In this document: positions 10,201 to 18,274 of the stretch, in pieces
How positions within the stretch are numbered: the first letter of the stretch is position 1
How the letters are laid out: every line of letters begins with the position of its first letter
From: Chitinophagales bacterium
GTDB taxonomy: Bacteria; Bacteroidota; Bacteroidia; Chitinophagales; CAIOSU01
NCBI GenBank assembly: GCA_034440455.1
Contig: JAWXCB010000031.1
Coordinates: forward strand, 5,157 to 69,156
DNA length: 64,000 bases
Direction: 5' to 3'
Translations under genes and position numbers: made by a program
The notes under the pieces: model-generated
The model's input: only the letters and a program-made list of their open reading frames with translations
What the model was told of the DNA's origin: nothing
Database searches by the model: none

Positions 10201-10580
10201 GGCAAGCTACAATCTTGACAAGTTGCTACATTGAAAATCTTGGCGATGGAAATTTCTCCGTTCATCCGTTACCCAACGAAGCGCAGGTTGCGCCCGTGTA
10301 TGGTATTCAGTCCTTTGATGTAAATGCTGACGGCAATCTTGATATTCTCTTATCAGGCAATTCCTACTCCAACCATTTTGAGTATGGCAACTATGATGCG
10401 CTGGGCGGATTGATGCTGTTGGGCGATGGAAAAGGAAAATTCAAGCCGCTCAGTGGCGAGGCGAGTGGATTCAATGTGCCGGGCGATGCCAAGGGAATGG
10501 TAAAGATTTTTAACAAGGCATTGAACGCAACTCTTTTCATCGTGGCACAAAACAATGATTCGCTGAAAGTGTATAAGTAA
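7266..10580 (+). CDS. CRTAC1-family lipoprotein: FG-GAP/VCBS repeats plus ASPIC/UnbV domain
   Basis: Lipoprotein signal (VFSLVAC). Many D.N.DG..D repeats (DMNNDGLADI, DINGDGWLDIY, DYDNDGDLDAF, DLDNDGDLDIV and others). UnbV/ASPIC-like block GARVYVFTGGNMQLKELSCVRGYKSSPEPILHFGLD. Confidence 0.85.
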   Translation: MRNHQSIWVLWVFSLVACKNNLKEENPDSLFTLVPVAHSKVDFRTTFTADPDDLTGFSTGSGVSTGDMNNDGLADILFAGGEDKTRLFLNKGNFVFEDITETSGVTDGIKKCKTEAVFLVDINGDGWLDIYLTKYGLEANADNTQFTDYGSNLLFINQQNLTFREQGQTYGLNIVGYTLSANFFDYDNDGDLDAFILTSPDKGNAFDFNFYQSRPPFQVFANRFLENIGDQFINVTEQAGILTQRCMGQSASTADINNDGWLDLYIANDFFGKDYVYMNNGNKTFTEKSSEVLPKSTMSSMGSDFADINHDGWLDLFSGEMMPEGAVRRKMNLVPFSIETYNYMQKNGMAQYQRNMLQLNRQGKKFKDIGCMAGVEATEWSWASLFADFDNDGLDDLFVANGIKRDITNMDFVKTNYGKDYTKMAHPDYFAYGKEKMNQLPSVKTMNSIFKNNGNLTFTKMSEAWGLDKPVHSRGAAVADLDNDGDLDIVINNIDTVAFIYENHASEKLHRNFFRVKLAGEKQNDFGLGARVYVFTGGNMQLKELSCVRGYKSSPEPILHFGLDTIATIDSLKVVWLGGKTETQYNIKANQFYTLKEQDAKNHTLYSTTKKPTIFNDVTNPLLTEPFVHVESPYNDFKNYRLFHRMFSKEGPCIAAADVNKDGLDDFYVGGAAGQSGKLYVQQQDGKFKISAAQPWASDMQYEETACAFFDANDDGAPDLYIGSGSSEFETNSPSLRDRLFLNDGKGKFTFASDALPDIRIYTSCVAAFDFDLDGDLDLFVGGRMAPESYPMPPGNLLLQNTNGKFEDVTDKVAPELRAIGLVTAAAWVDYNKDKSSDLLLVGEWMPPTIFENKNGTFTKSSISSLNNFTGWWNTILANDFDKDGDLDFIAGNHGLNSIFKASEKEPVTIYAGDFDNNGTSDPVVFHYITGKNVPFVNRDLFCEQMPAFNNKFYTFENYAKASINDIFTPEQQASSYKRQATILTSCYIENLGDGNFSVHPLPNEAQVAPVYGIQSFDVNADGNLDILLSGNSYSNHFEYGNYDALGGLMLLGDGKGKFKPLSGEASGFNVPGDAKGMVKIFNKALNATLFIVAQNNDSLKVYK

Positions 10581-10652
10581 GACAAATTACTTCCTCTCGA
10601 TTTTTATTATCTTTTCAAATAGATTTTTCAAACTGCTTTTTAAAAACAGAGC

Positions 10653-12182
10653 ATGAAAAAAAATATCCTCATCGGTGTGCTTGTCGCTGTGGTGATTCTC
10701 CTCACTGTTTTACAACTTGGCAAAGATGGAAGCCTTGCGCATGCCAGCGATAAACCCGCTACTGACAATGACCTCTTCCTGCTGCAAAGCCGTGGCGCCA
10801 CCACGCCTGATTACAAAGCGAGCGACTACGGGCTGGGCGATGGCTACATTGACAAACTGCTCCCTTATCCTGATTTAAAAAAAGGCGACCGCACCCCGTT
10901 TGACCTTTGGAGATATGCCGGAAAAGGCAACTCCTCCTACATGACTCCCGAACTGCCCATGTCGTGGGATGCGTGGGTGGCTTTCCACAAAAAACAAAAG
11001 CCCGAGTTGATGAAAGATGTAAAGGCATACATGAACGCCCGCTATGATTTCAGCGGGGCAGTGATGCCGGGCGTGATGATGTCGGGCGGCAGAAAAGCCG
11101 TGATGAAAGGTCCCATTGCGCGATTGCCCGATGGCTACAAATCCTATGAAGAACTTGCCAAGCTCTCTGCCGATGAAATAAAAAAGAAAGACCTTTTTCC
11201 CTACAAGCCCCTCGCCCATCCCATTCAAACCATTGCCCACATGGTGTTTCCAAATCAATGGAATATCATTCACCCCGAGCATAACCGCATGGATGTTGAC
11301 CATGATTTTCCCGACATTTATCTGCCTGAGTTCCCCCCGCCCTTATTCCTCACTACACACAAAGAATTGGGCGATGTAACAAAAGGCGAAGAAATCACGA
11401 TGGGAAATTTCTTTGAAATGTTTGACGGACTGCTCACTCCTGAACAGTTGGAGGGCTTAAAAGAATTACTGAAGTCCACGCCCACCACGTGGTTCAATCA
11501 CACCACGCATCGCATTACGCTGGAGCCGAGCGCGGGCGTATCCTGCCTTTCCTGCCACGTGAACGGGCATACCAACGGAGCCTTTGAACTCGCCCCCGAC
11601 TCGCGCCCCAACATGGCGCGCCTGCGCACGAAAACACCTTCCATGCGCGGCAACTACAACCTGATGCTGCTTTCTTCAAAACGCGCCATCCGCAGCATGG
11701 ATCACTTTGCCGAAGTCGAAGAATATTTTGATGGCGACCAGGCTCTCATGCAGGCAATCGGTCCGCGCGCGCAGCAGAAGCAAGTATCTAATCGCATGGG
11801 CGATTTCAATAGCATCCTGGATTTTCCGCCCGCGCCCAAGCTCGATGTGTTCAATAAGCTCATCGCTGAAAAATGCACCCCGCAGGAGTTGCAGGGCGAG
11901 CAGCTTTTTTGGGGCAAAGCAAAATGCAGCGCCTGCCACAACGGTCCCGCCTTCGTGGATGATTATATGCACGACCTCGGGGTGGAGCGCTTCTATGCCG
12001 GTCGCCCCGAAGGACCCATAAAAACATTCCCCCTGCGCGGCATCAAGGATGCACCGCCCTATCTGCATGACGGACGCTGCCCCACCCTGCCCGATGCGGT
12101 TGAATTTTTCAACATCGTGCTTGAGTTGCAATTGAGCAAAGAAGAAAAGGATGCCCTCACTGCTTATTTGCTTTGCCTTTGA
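10653..12182 (+). CDS. Di-haem cytochrome c peroxidase / MauG-like protein, membrane anchored
   Basis: Two CXXCH haem-binding motifs (SCLSCHVNGH and KCSACHNGPAF). CCP-type C-terminal motif (PLRGIKDAPPYLHDGRCPTLPDAVEFF). N-terminal TM helix (ILIGVLVAVVILLTVL). Confidence 0.8.
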   Translation: MKKNILIGVLVAVVILLTVLQLGKDGSLAHASDKPATDNDLFLLQSRGATTPDYKASDYGLGDGYIDKLLPYPDLKKGDRTPFDLWRYAGKGNSSYMTPELPMSWDAWVAFHKKQKPELMKDVKAYMNARYDFSGAVMPGVMMSGGRKAVMKGPIARLPDGYKSYEELAKLSADEIKKKDLFPYKPLAHPIQTIAHMVFPNQWNIIHPEHNRMDVDHDFPDIYLPEFPPPLFLTTHKELGDVTKGEEITMGNFFEMFDGLLTPEQLEGLKELLKSTPTTWFNHTTHRITLEPSAGVSCLSCHVNGHTNGAFELAPDSRPNMARLRTKTPSMRGNYNLMLLSSKRAIRSMDHFAEVEEYFDGDQALMQAIGPRAQQKQVSNRMGDFNSILDFPPAPKLDVFNKLIAEKCTPQELQGEQLFWGKAKCSACHNGPAFVDDYMHDLGVERFYAGRPEGPIKTFPLRGIKDAPPYLHDGRCPTLPDAVEFFNIVLELQLSKEEKDALTAYLLCL

Positions 12183-12226
12183 GAAGTGCTTAGCGACAGA
12201 CATTAATACGCATCCTCAATTATTAG

Positions 12227-12378
12227 ACTTCTTCGGAAAATACTCTTTGACTAAAGGGTAACGCGCTCTTTTGCACCGCCTCACCCCCGCCCTCTCTCCA
12301 TTTGGAGAGGGGAGTCCAAACTGCATCATAAACAAAAGAGGCTTTCTCTAAATGAGAATTACATTTTCCGAAGAGGTC
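12227..12378. repeat. REP/MITE-like palindromic element, copy 2
   Basis: Core ccgcctcacccccgccctctctccatttggagaggggagtcc (about 12277-12318). Outer imperfect inverted repeats gacttcttcggaaaatac (12227-12244) and acattttccgaagaggtc (12361-12378). Inner pair ctcttttg/caaaagag. Confidence 0.75.
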
Positions 12379-12402
12379 TATTCAAACTTTCACCACTAAA
12401 AT

Positions 12403-12427
12403 AATTTCACGCAGAGATGCATAGCAG
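12403..12427 (+). repeat. AATTTCACGCAGAG / GCAGAG-octamer element, copy 1
   Basis: aatttcacGCAGAGatGCATAGcag. It shares the 14-mer aatttcacgcagag with the reverse strand of 20676-20689. It lies between two convergent stop codons (12182 and 12442). Confidence 0.6.
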
Positions 12428-12441
12428 TTTCGATTCGGATA

Positions 12442-15400
12442 TTATTTTGCCGCTGAAATTTCCACAGGCACGGAAGAAGCAATGCTGAATGCCTGCAACG
12501 TGCCGCTGTTGTTGCCCACGAGCAGGTGCGGGAGCTGATTTTTTCCGGCATGTATCAGTTGCAAATCTTTCACATTGCCATCAGCCAAAAAACCTGACTC
12601 AAAGCTGCGCAGGGGCGTGAAGCTGCCCTTGCCATCACCGATGAGGCAAAGCCCTGTGCCTGCGTCATAGCGCACGGTTTCAGGCTCGGTTTCGTGCAGG
12701 TTGCCTGCCAGCACGAGGTCGCTGATGCCATCGCCATTGATGTCGAGCACGAGGATGTCGTTGACGGGCGCCACCTGCGCGAGGTTGTGCAGCGGCTTCA
12801 CCGTGAACGTGCCGTTGCCGTTATTGAGGAGAATGCTGCTGCGGAATTCCTTCGCTTCATAATGCAGCGCGGCATCGAGTTGCTCCTTGGTATAAATTTC
12901 TTCAACGGTGGCTTCAGCAAAGCTTTTGTAGGTGGGAAATTTATCCACGATGAAGGGCATCTGCTGTGACGAGCATTCGCGCCCGCGCACGGGATATTGC
13001 TTTTCGCCTTCATAGTTGGTGAGTACAATATCATAGCTGCCGTTCTTGTCGAAATCGTTGCAATAGATTTCAAAATGCTTGCCTTTGCCAACTTTATATT
13101 TTGCATTCAGCCCGAGGTTGCCGGCAATGAAATCCATATCTCCATCGCGGTCAATATCGGCAGCGGCAAGGCTATACCACCAGCCCGTGGTTTCCTGCAA
13201 GCCCGCATTTTGATTGTGAAAAACTCCGTTCGCATTTTCAAAAACAGTGACGGGCATCCACTCGCCAACTAAAATCAAATCCAAATCTTTGTCGCCATCA
13301 TAATCTGCAAACGCAGCATCGGTGACCATGCCGGGCGCGGCAAGCAGCTTGTCATGCTCGGCAGTTACGTTGGTGAATTTTCCTCCGTCATTTCTCAACA
13401 GGAAACTTGAGGGCGGAAAAGGATATTGCCCGGGCACATTTCTTCCCCCGATAAATAAATCGGAGTCGCCACCCTTGTCATAATCGCCTGCGGCTATGCG
13501 CATTCCGCTGGTGAACTCATCGGGCAATGCTTCTTTATTTCTTTTAAAATATCCGGCACCGTCATTCACATAGAGCCTGTCTTGCAATAAGGGCGAGCCT
13601 TCGGAAAATTCATTGCCACCGCTCACGACATATAAATCCAAATCGTTGTCGCCATCAGCATCAAAGAGCAATGAAGCCATGTCTTCGCAATCTTTTTCCG
13701 CTTCCCACGGCTGCGCAGTTGCCTTGCTGAATTTTCCATTCTGCTGTAGGAATAATGTTCCTGCAAATCCTGCCGCGCCACCGATAAAAAAGTCTTCCGA
13801 GCCATCACCATTCACATCACCCGCGCTGATAAACGGTCCATGCTGCGACTGCTTGTGGGGCAACAGGATTTCTTTTTTGAAATCATTGTAGTTGTTTTCC
13901 TGGTGATTGTAAGCAAGCGACAATTCCTTTTCAGCGCTGGTGAAAATCGGTTTTACAATTTCTTCTTTCGATGGATTGGCGCGCGCAGAATCATAATTCA
14001 TCACCAGCATTTGGTTGGGAGCAACATTGGAAAGCTGCTGAATTTTTCCGTCAGGCCATTCCACCACCATCTTGTTGATGTTATCCCGCTTGCCGATACC
14101 GAAGTGCAGCACCTGCTCAACGGATGACTGAAATCCGCGCACGGGCTGCATTTCCTGCAACTGCATTTCTTTGTCATAGAATATTTTTACAGTCGTCCCA
14201 AATCCATTTACGTTCTTAGCGGGACCTATGAGCCGCACGCGGAGGAAATTATTCTGATACACTTCGTTTGCTTTATTCTCATAGAGGGAAGCGGTGACTT
14301 CATAATTATTTACAACAAGGTCAAGGTCGCCATCCAGATCCAAATCCGCATAAGCGCATCCGTTTGAATTGATGGTGTCCGTTAAATTCCACTGCTTGTT
14401 ATATTTGGAAAAAGTAAGATCGCCATTGTTTTTAAAAATCAAATTCATGAGATTGAGTTTGGGCAGCAGGTGTTCATAATCGCTGTACTTTAATGCGCGC
14501 TTTTCTTTATTAGCCTTGTCCAAAAGGGCAGCATAACTCGTTTTGAAGTCATTATCCGAAACTGCATCGCGGATGCCGTTAGTGACAAATAAATCTTTGT
14601 AGCCGTCATTGTCAAAATCGGCAAACAAGGGCGCCCAACTCCAGTCAGTTTTCGAAATGCCCGACATAAAAGCAATTTCACTATAACTGCCTTTGCCATT
14701 CAGTTGAAGCGCATTCACCATATATTGATAGTAGTAGCCCTTCTCAATCATTTTATAGAAAGTGTCGGTGGTCATGCTGGGCATCAATCGCTTGGAACTC
14801 ACATGGTCGGTTTGCGCCATTTCGGAGACGAATAAATCCTGCAAGCCATCATTATTTATATCGGCAAGGTCAGCGCCCATCGAATTGAATGTGATGTGTT
14901 TCATGTAATCTTTGAGCTTCTCTGAGAAGGTGCCGTTTTTGTTGTTTATCCAAAGCAAATCGGGACCAAGAAAATCATTGGCAACATACACATCATCCCA
15001 ACCATCATGATTGAAATCATCAATCACCGCTGATAATCCCCACACATGATTTTCAATGCCCGCTTGTTTAGTAACATCGGTGAATGTGTTGTTACCGTTG
15101 TTTTTGTAAAGCTTGTCCGAGCCTGCTTCTTCTTTGTTGCGTTCTTGCCAGGGATAATTATCCATGCGATGACCGTTTTTGAAATCCAGAGGATAGCTCA
15201 CGAGATACATATCCAAGTCTCCGTCTTTATCGTAGTCAAAGAAATAAGCTTGTGTTGAGCAGCCCTTGTCATCAAGCCCGTATTCCTTCGCACGTTGCGA
15301 AAAAGTTAAATCGCCATTATTGATAAACAATTCATTGGCGCGCACATTCAAATCGGTATAGCCTCCGGAGTAGCAGACATAAATATCCAGCCAGCCATCA

Positions 15401-15828
15401 TTATTAATATCCACCATTGAAACACCGGTAGTCCATCCTAATTTTCCCTGTACGCCCGCCTGAAACGTGATGTCGCGGAACTTCATGTTGCCTTCGTTGA
15501 GATAAAGTTTCTCAGGCGTTTCAATGGACGCAAGAAAAATATCCGGCAGCCCGTCATTATTAATATCACCTATCGCTACTCCTCCACCGTTATACACGTA
15601 TTGGAAACTGCCGTAATTGATATTGTTATTAATCAGCACTTTGTTGGCGAATGTGATTCCTGTTTTCTCAGGGGAAAGCGGAACAAAAAGATTCACGGGC
15701 GCAACCTCATCGCTTACTGCGGAAACCCGCTCTTGAGTTTGATTGCTGTTGCAGGAAAATAGCAGAATTGCCAACGAAAGCGTTGCAATCTGTGCGCGAA
15801 TATCTTGACTGAGATGGGTGCATTTCAT
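12442..15828 (-). CDS. CRTAC1-family lipoprotein: FG-GAP/VCBS repeats plus ASPIC/UnbV domain (paralogue of 7266..10580)
   Basis: Lipoprotein signal (AILLFSC). Same repeat architecture as 7266..10580 (DINNDGLPDIF, DINNDGWLDIY, DYDKDGDLDMY, DLDLDGDLDLV). UnbV-like block GTTVKIFYDKEMQLQEMQPVRGFQSSVEQVLHFGIG. Confidence 0.85.
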   Translation of the reverse strand: MKCTHLSQDIRAQIATLSLAILLFSCNSNQTQERVSAVSDEVAPVNLFVPLSPEKTGITFANKVLINNNINYGSFQYVYNGGGVAIGDINNDGLPDIFLASIETPEKLYLNEGNMKFRDITFQAGVQGKLGWTTGVSMVDINNDGWLDIYVCYSGGYTDLNVRANELFINNGDLTFSQRAKEYGLDDKGCSTQAYFFDYDKDGDLDMYLVSYPLDFKNGHRMDNYPWQERNKEEAGSDKLYKNNGNNTFTDVTKQAGIENHVWGLSAVIDDFNHDGWDDVYVANDFLGPDLLWINNKNGTFSEKLKDYMKHITFNSMGADLADINNDGLQDLFVSEMAQTDHVSSKRLMPSMTTDTFYKMIEKGYYYQYMVNALQLNGKGSYSEIAFMSGISKTDWSWAPLFADFDNDGYKDLFVTNGIRDAVSDNDFKTSYAALLDKANKEKRALKYSDYEHLLPKLNLMNLIFKNNGDLTFSKYNKQWNLTDTINSNGCAYADLDLDGDLDLVVNNYEVTASLYENKANEVYQNNFLRVRLIGPAKNVNGFGTTVKIFYDKEMQLQEMQPVRGFQSSVEQVLHFGIGKRDNINKMVVEWPDGKIQQLSNVAPNQMLVMNYDSARANPSKEEIVKPIFTSAEKELSLAYNHQENNYNDFKKEILLPHKQSQHGPFISAGDVNGDGSEDFFIGGAAGFAGTLFLQQNGKFSKATAQPWEAEKDCEDMASLLFDADGDNDLDLYVVSGGNEFSEGSPLLQDRLYVNDGAGYFKRNKEALPDEFTSGMRIAAGDYDKGGDSDLFIGGRNVPGQYPFPPSSFLLRNDGGKFTNVTAEHDKLLAAPGMVTDAAFADYDGDKDLDLILVGEWMPVTVFENANGVFHNQNAGLQETTGWWYSLAAADIDRDGDMDFIAGNLGLNAKYKVGKGKHFEIYCNDFDKNGSYDIVLTNYEGEKQYPVRGRECSSQQMPFIVDKFPTYKSFAEATVEEIYTKEQLDAALHYEAKEFRSSILLNNGNGTFTVKPLHNLAQVAPVNDILVLDINGDGISDLVLAGNLHETEPETVRYDAGTGLCLIGDGKGSFTPLRSFESGFLADGNVKDLQLIHAGKNQLPHLLVGNNSGTLQAFSIASSVPVEISAAK

Positions 15829-15867
15829 AGAGTGCCTTCTAATTTTATCAAACTTAAAAGAATCAAA

Positions 15868-17202
15868 TCATTTCTCATCTGATTGTTTGCCTGTAACGAT
15901 TCTATCCGCTACTACTTCGCCCACCTTTGTTCCTTGTTGCCCACCGATTTCGCACGATGGAATGTAATGAATGCCGCCATACACGCGGCTGATGGCGGCT
16001 TCTTTTGCCGCTTCATTGAAAGAAGAAAATGTGCGCGGTGAAATTCCAAAAGGAACATTGGTAGAATCTATGAACGAATAGTTTTCACCAAATTCTTGTG
16101 TCAATACATATGCAGCGGCAGCAGAAATGCAGCTGTGTCCGCTGGAAAACTCCGGGAAGTTGGGCGTTTCGAGCAGCGGACTCCAATTGGGGTCAATGTA
16201 TTTTCCGATGTACGTAACTGGACGAATATTATTCGATGCGCACTTCGTATCCCAAATTACTTTAAACGCATCTGCAAGCGCAATGGCAGTTTTCGATAAC
16301 ACCGCGCAGGTTGCAGGAAGATTCAAATGATTTTTTTTTGCAGCAATTTTTGCAATGCCCAACCAATGCCCGCCTGGAGTGTTTTGCCGTTTTGTAGTCA
16401 TTACATGCCCCTGAATATCTGCCGGTGATGGATTGCAGTCCCAATACCATGCTATCGCCAACTGCTCTTCAGTGAGCGTGTTAGCAAGCGTGTACACTTC
16501 TTTTGTCCGCTTGTAAAATTCAGAAGCCGTGTCTGTGCTGAACTGATACCAAAGCGCTTCCCGAAACTGGCTTGTCGAATCCAACACAAATGGGCGCACC
16601 TTCATAAAATGCGGCTCCAGCGCTTCCATATATTTTGGCGGTGTTGGCAACCAACTACCCGCAGTGTCCACCACGGTAAACTTGGGCATATTGCGTGTTT
16701 CCGAATATCCATCCGCATTTGCCCATTTGAGAATGGCTTCACTGAGTTGTGTTCCGAATGCAATGGAATTGTTGAATGTTTCCGCATCCGTTTCTTTTTC
16801 TAAAAGAACGAGCAATCTTTTTTCTTCCGCGTCAATCAGATGGTCGCGATAAACCATCGCTCTTGCCACATCGCAAAATGATTTCACGAGCACGATTTCC
16901 TGCGAATATTTTTTTTCCGCCTCCATCTGCGGCAATGCGTCAAGACCTTTCAATTGCCCCGCGTAAGAAATAAAATTGGAATCGTTTTGAATCACCGCTT
17001 CATACGCTGTGATGTTTGGATAAGCATACACCCTGCTTGCAACGGGCGGAGAAAAACCGTCTTGCACAACGGCCTCCGTCAAAGCGAGATTCAACTCGTG
17101 GATGAGGTAGGCTGAATCGCGCGGGGTTTTAGCTTGCTTGCTCTTGCAGGAAACCAAAATGATTACCGACAGGAAGAGGATAAGGCGTAATGTTACCTTC
17201 AT
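15868..17202 (-). CDS. PAP2-superfamily lipoprotein, vanadium-dependent haloperoxidase / acid phosphatase-like
   Basis: Lipoprotein signal (IILVSC). PAP2 signature elements K..NNIRP, SSGHS and SRVYGGIHY occur in the expected order near the C-terminus. Confidence 0.7.
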   Translation of the reverse strand: MKVTLRLILFLSVIILVSCKSKQAKTPRDSAYLIHELNLALTEAVVQDGFSPPVASRVYAYPNITAYEAVIQNDSNFISYAGQLKGLDALPQMEAEKKYSQEIVLVKSFCDVARAMVYRDHLIDAEEKRLLVLLEKETDAETFNNSIAFGTQLSEAILKWANADGYSETRNMPKFTVVDTAGSWLPTPPKYMEALEPHFMKVRPFVLDSTSQFREALWYQFSTDTASEFYKRTKEVYTLANTLTEEQLAIAWYWDCNPSPADIQGHVMTTKRQNTPGGHWLGIAKIAAKKNHLNLPATCAVLSKTAIALADAFKVIWDTKCASNNIRPVTYIGKYIDPNWSPLLETPNFPEFSSGHSCISAAAAYVLTQEFGENYSFIDSTNVPFGISPRTFSSFNEAAKEAAISRVYGGIHYIPSCEIGGQQGTKVGEVVADRIVTGKQSDEK

Positions 17203-17307
17203 GGCAGTAAATATAAAGTATCTCTAAAAAACCTCTGATTGCTAACCTGCCTACGGAGCGGTGGATGATAGCATAAAGACTGGAAAATAAAGAAAGCGAT
17301 GAAGCTG

Positions 17308-17342
17308 ACTTATAGCTTAAAGCTTACGACTTAAAACTCTTG
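17308..17342. repeat. Heptamer-phased array A (RCT-N4 x5)
   Basis: ACTtata GCTtaaa GCTtacg ACTtaaa ACTcttg. On the minus strand this reads as TAAGYNN units starting 8 nt downstream of the tRNA-Arg 3' end. Confidence 0.75.
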
Positions 17343-17350
17343 AGAAGAAG

Positions 17351-17424
17351 TGACTCCGACTGGATTCGAACCAGTGACCCATTGCTTAGAAGGCAATTGC
17401 TCTAATCCCCTGAGCTACGGAGCC
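17351..17424 (-). tRNA. tRNA-Arg (anticodon TCT)
   Basis: Reverse complement GGCTCCGTAGCTCAGGGGATTAGAGCAATTGCCTTCTAAGCAATGGGTCACTGGTTCGAATCCAGTCGGAGTCA. It folds as a cloverleaf with a 7-bp acceptor stem (one G-U), an anticodon stem ATTGC/GCAAT with loop CTTCTAA, and a T-arm ACTGG-TTCGAAT-CCAGT. Confidence 0.92.
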
Positions 17425-17432
17425 ATTATTTA

Positions 17433-17508
17433 GCTTGAAGTTTAAGGCTTGAAGTTTAAAGATGTTGCTGATTTCAGTTCAAACTTTAAACTTCAAATTT
17501 GAAACTTC
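17433..17508. repeat. Heptamer-phased arrays B and C, forming a long hairpin
   Basis: B is a tandem duplication, gcttgaagtttaag then gcttgaagtttaaa (17433-17460). C is AGTtcaa ACTttaa ACTtcaa ATTtgaa ACT (17476-17506). ttgaagtttaaag (17449-17461) is the exact complement of ctttaaacttcaa (17484-17496). The element sits in the divergent region between the tRNA and ung. Confidence 0.7.
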
Positions 17509-17593
17509 GGGGGGCAAATTTAAGAAAGTAACTGTTAGCGCAGAAACGCGCCATCGAATTACCGAATCATCGAATCTTCATTAAGTTAGCGGC

Positions 17594-18274
17594 ATGGCTG
17601 ACATCGCCCCGCAAATAGAACCCTCCTGGAAAGCAACGCTCGCTGAAGAATTTCAAAAACCGTATTTCCAAAAAATCAAGCAAACACTGGTCGAAGAAAA
17701 GAATAACGGCAAGACAATTTATCCTCCCGGTCTGCTTATTTTCAATGCGTTTAATCTCACACCTTTTGATGAGGTGAAAGTTGTAATCATTGGTCAAGAC
17801 CCGTATCACGGCAAGGGACAAGCGCACGGACTTTGCTTCTCCGTGCCGCAGGGAATCGCGCCTCCGCCCTCACTCGTCAATGTTTTCAAAGAACTAAATA
17901 CTGATTTAGGCATTCCCATTCCCAAGCATGGCAACCTTGAAAAGTGGGCGAAACAAGGTGTGTTTTTGTTAAATGCTTTCCTGACAGTTCGGGCAAATGA
18001 AGCCGCCTCTCATTCAAAAATCGGCTGGCAGGAATTTACCAATGCCGTAATTCAAAAACTTTCCGAGCAACGCACCGGTATCATCTTTTTGTTGTGGGGA
18101 CGATTCGCCCAAGAGAAAGACATCCTGATTGACAAGTCAAAACACCACATCTTGTATGCCGCGCATCCAAGCCCGCTGGCGCGTGGCGCGTTTATGGGTT
18201 GCAAGCATTTCTCCAAAACCAACGAGCTTCTAAAACACAAAGGCTATAATGCGATTTACTGGAGTTTGGAGTGA
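17594..18274 (+). CDS. ung: Uracil-DNA glycosylase, family 1
   Basis: Canonical motifs VVIIGQDPYHGKGQAHGLCFSV and HPSPL. Length 226 aa. Confidence 0.95.
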   Translation: MADIAPQIEPSWKATLAEEFQKPYFQKIKQTLVEEKNNGKTIYPPGLLIFNAFNLTPFDEVKVVIIGQDPYHGKGQAHGLCFSVPQGIAPPPSLVNVFKELNTDLGIPIPKHGNLEKWAKQGVFLLNAFLTVRANEAASHSKIGWQEFTNAVIQKLSEQRTGIIFLLWGRFAQEKDILIDKSKHHILYAAHPSPLARGAFMGCKHFSKTNELLKHKGYNAIYWSLE

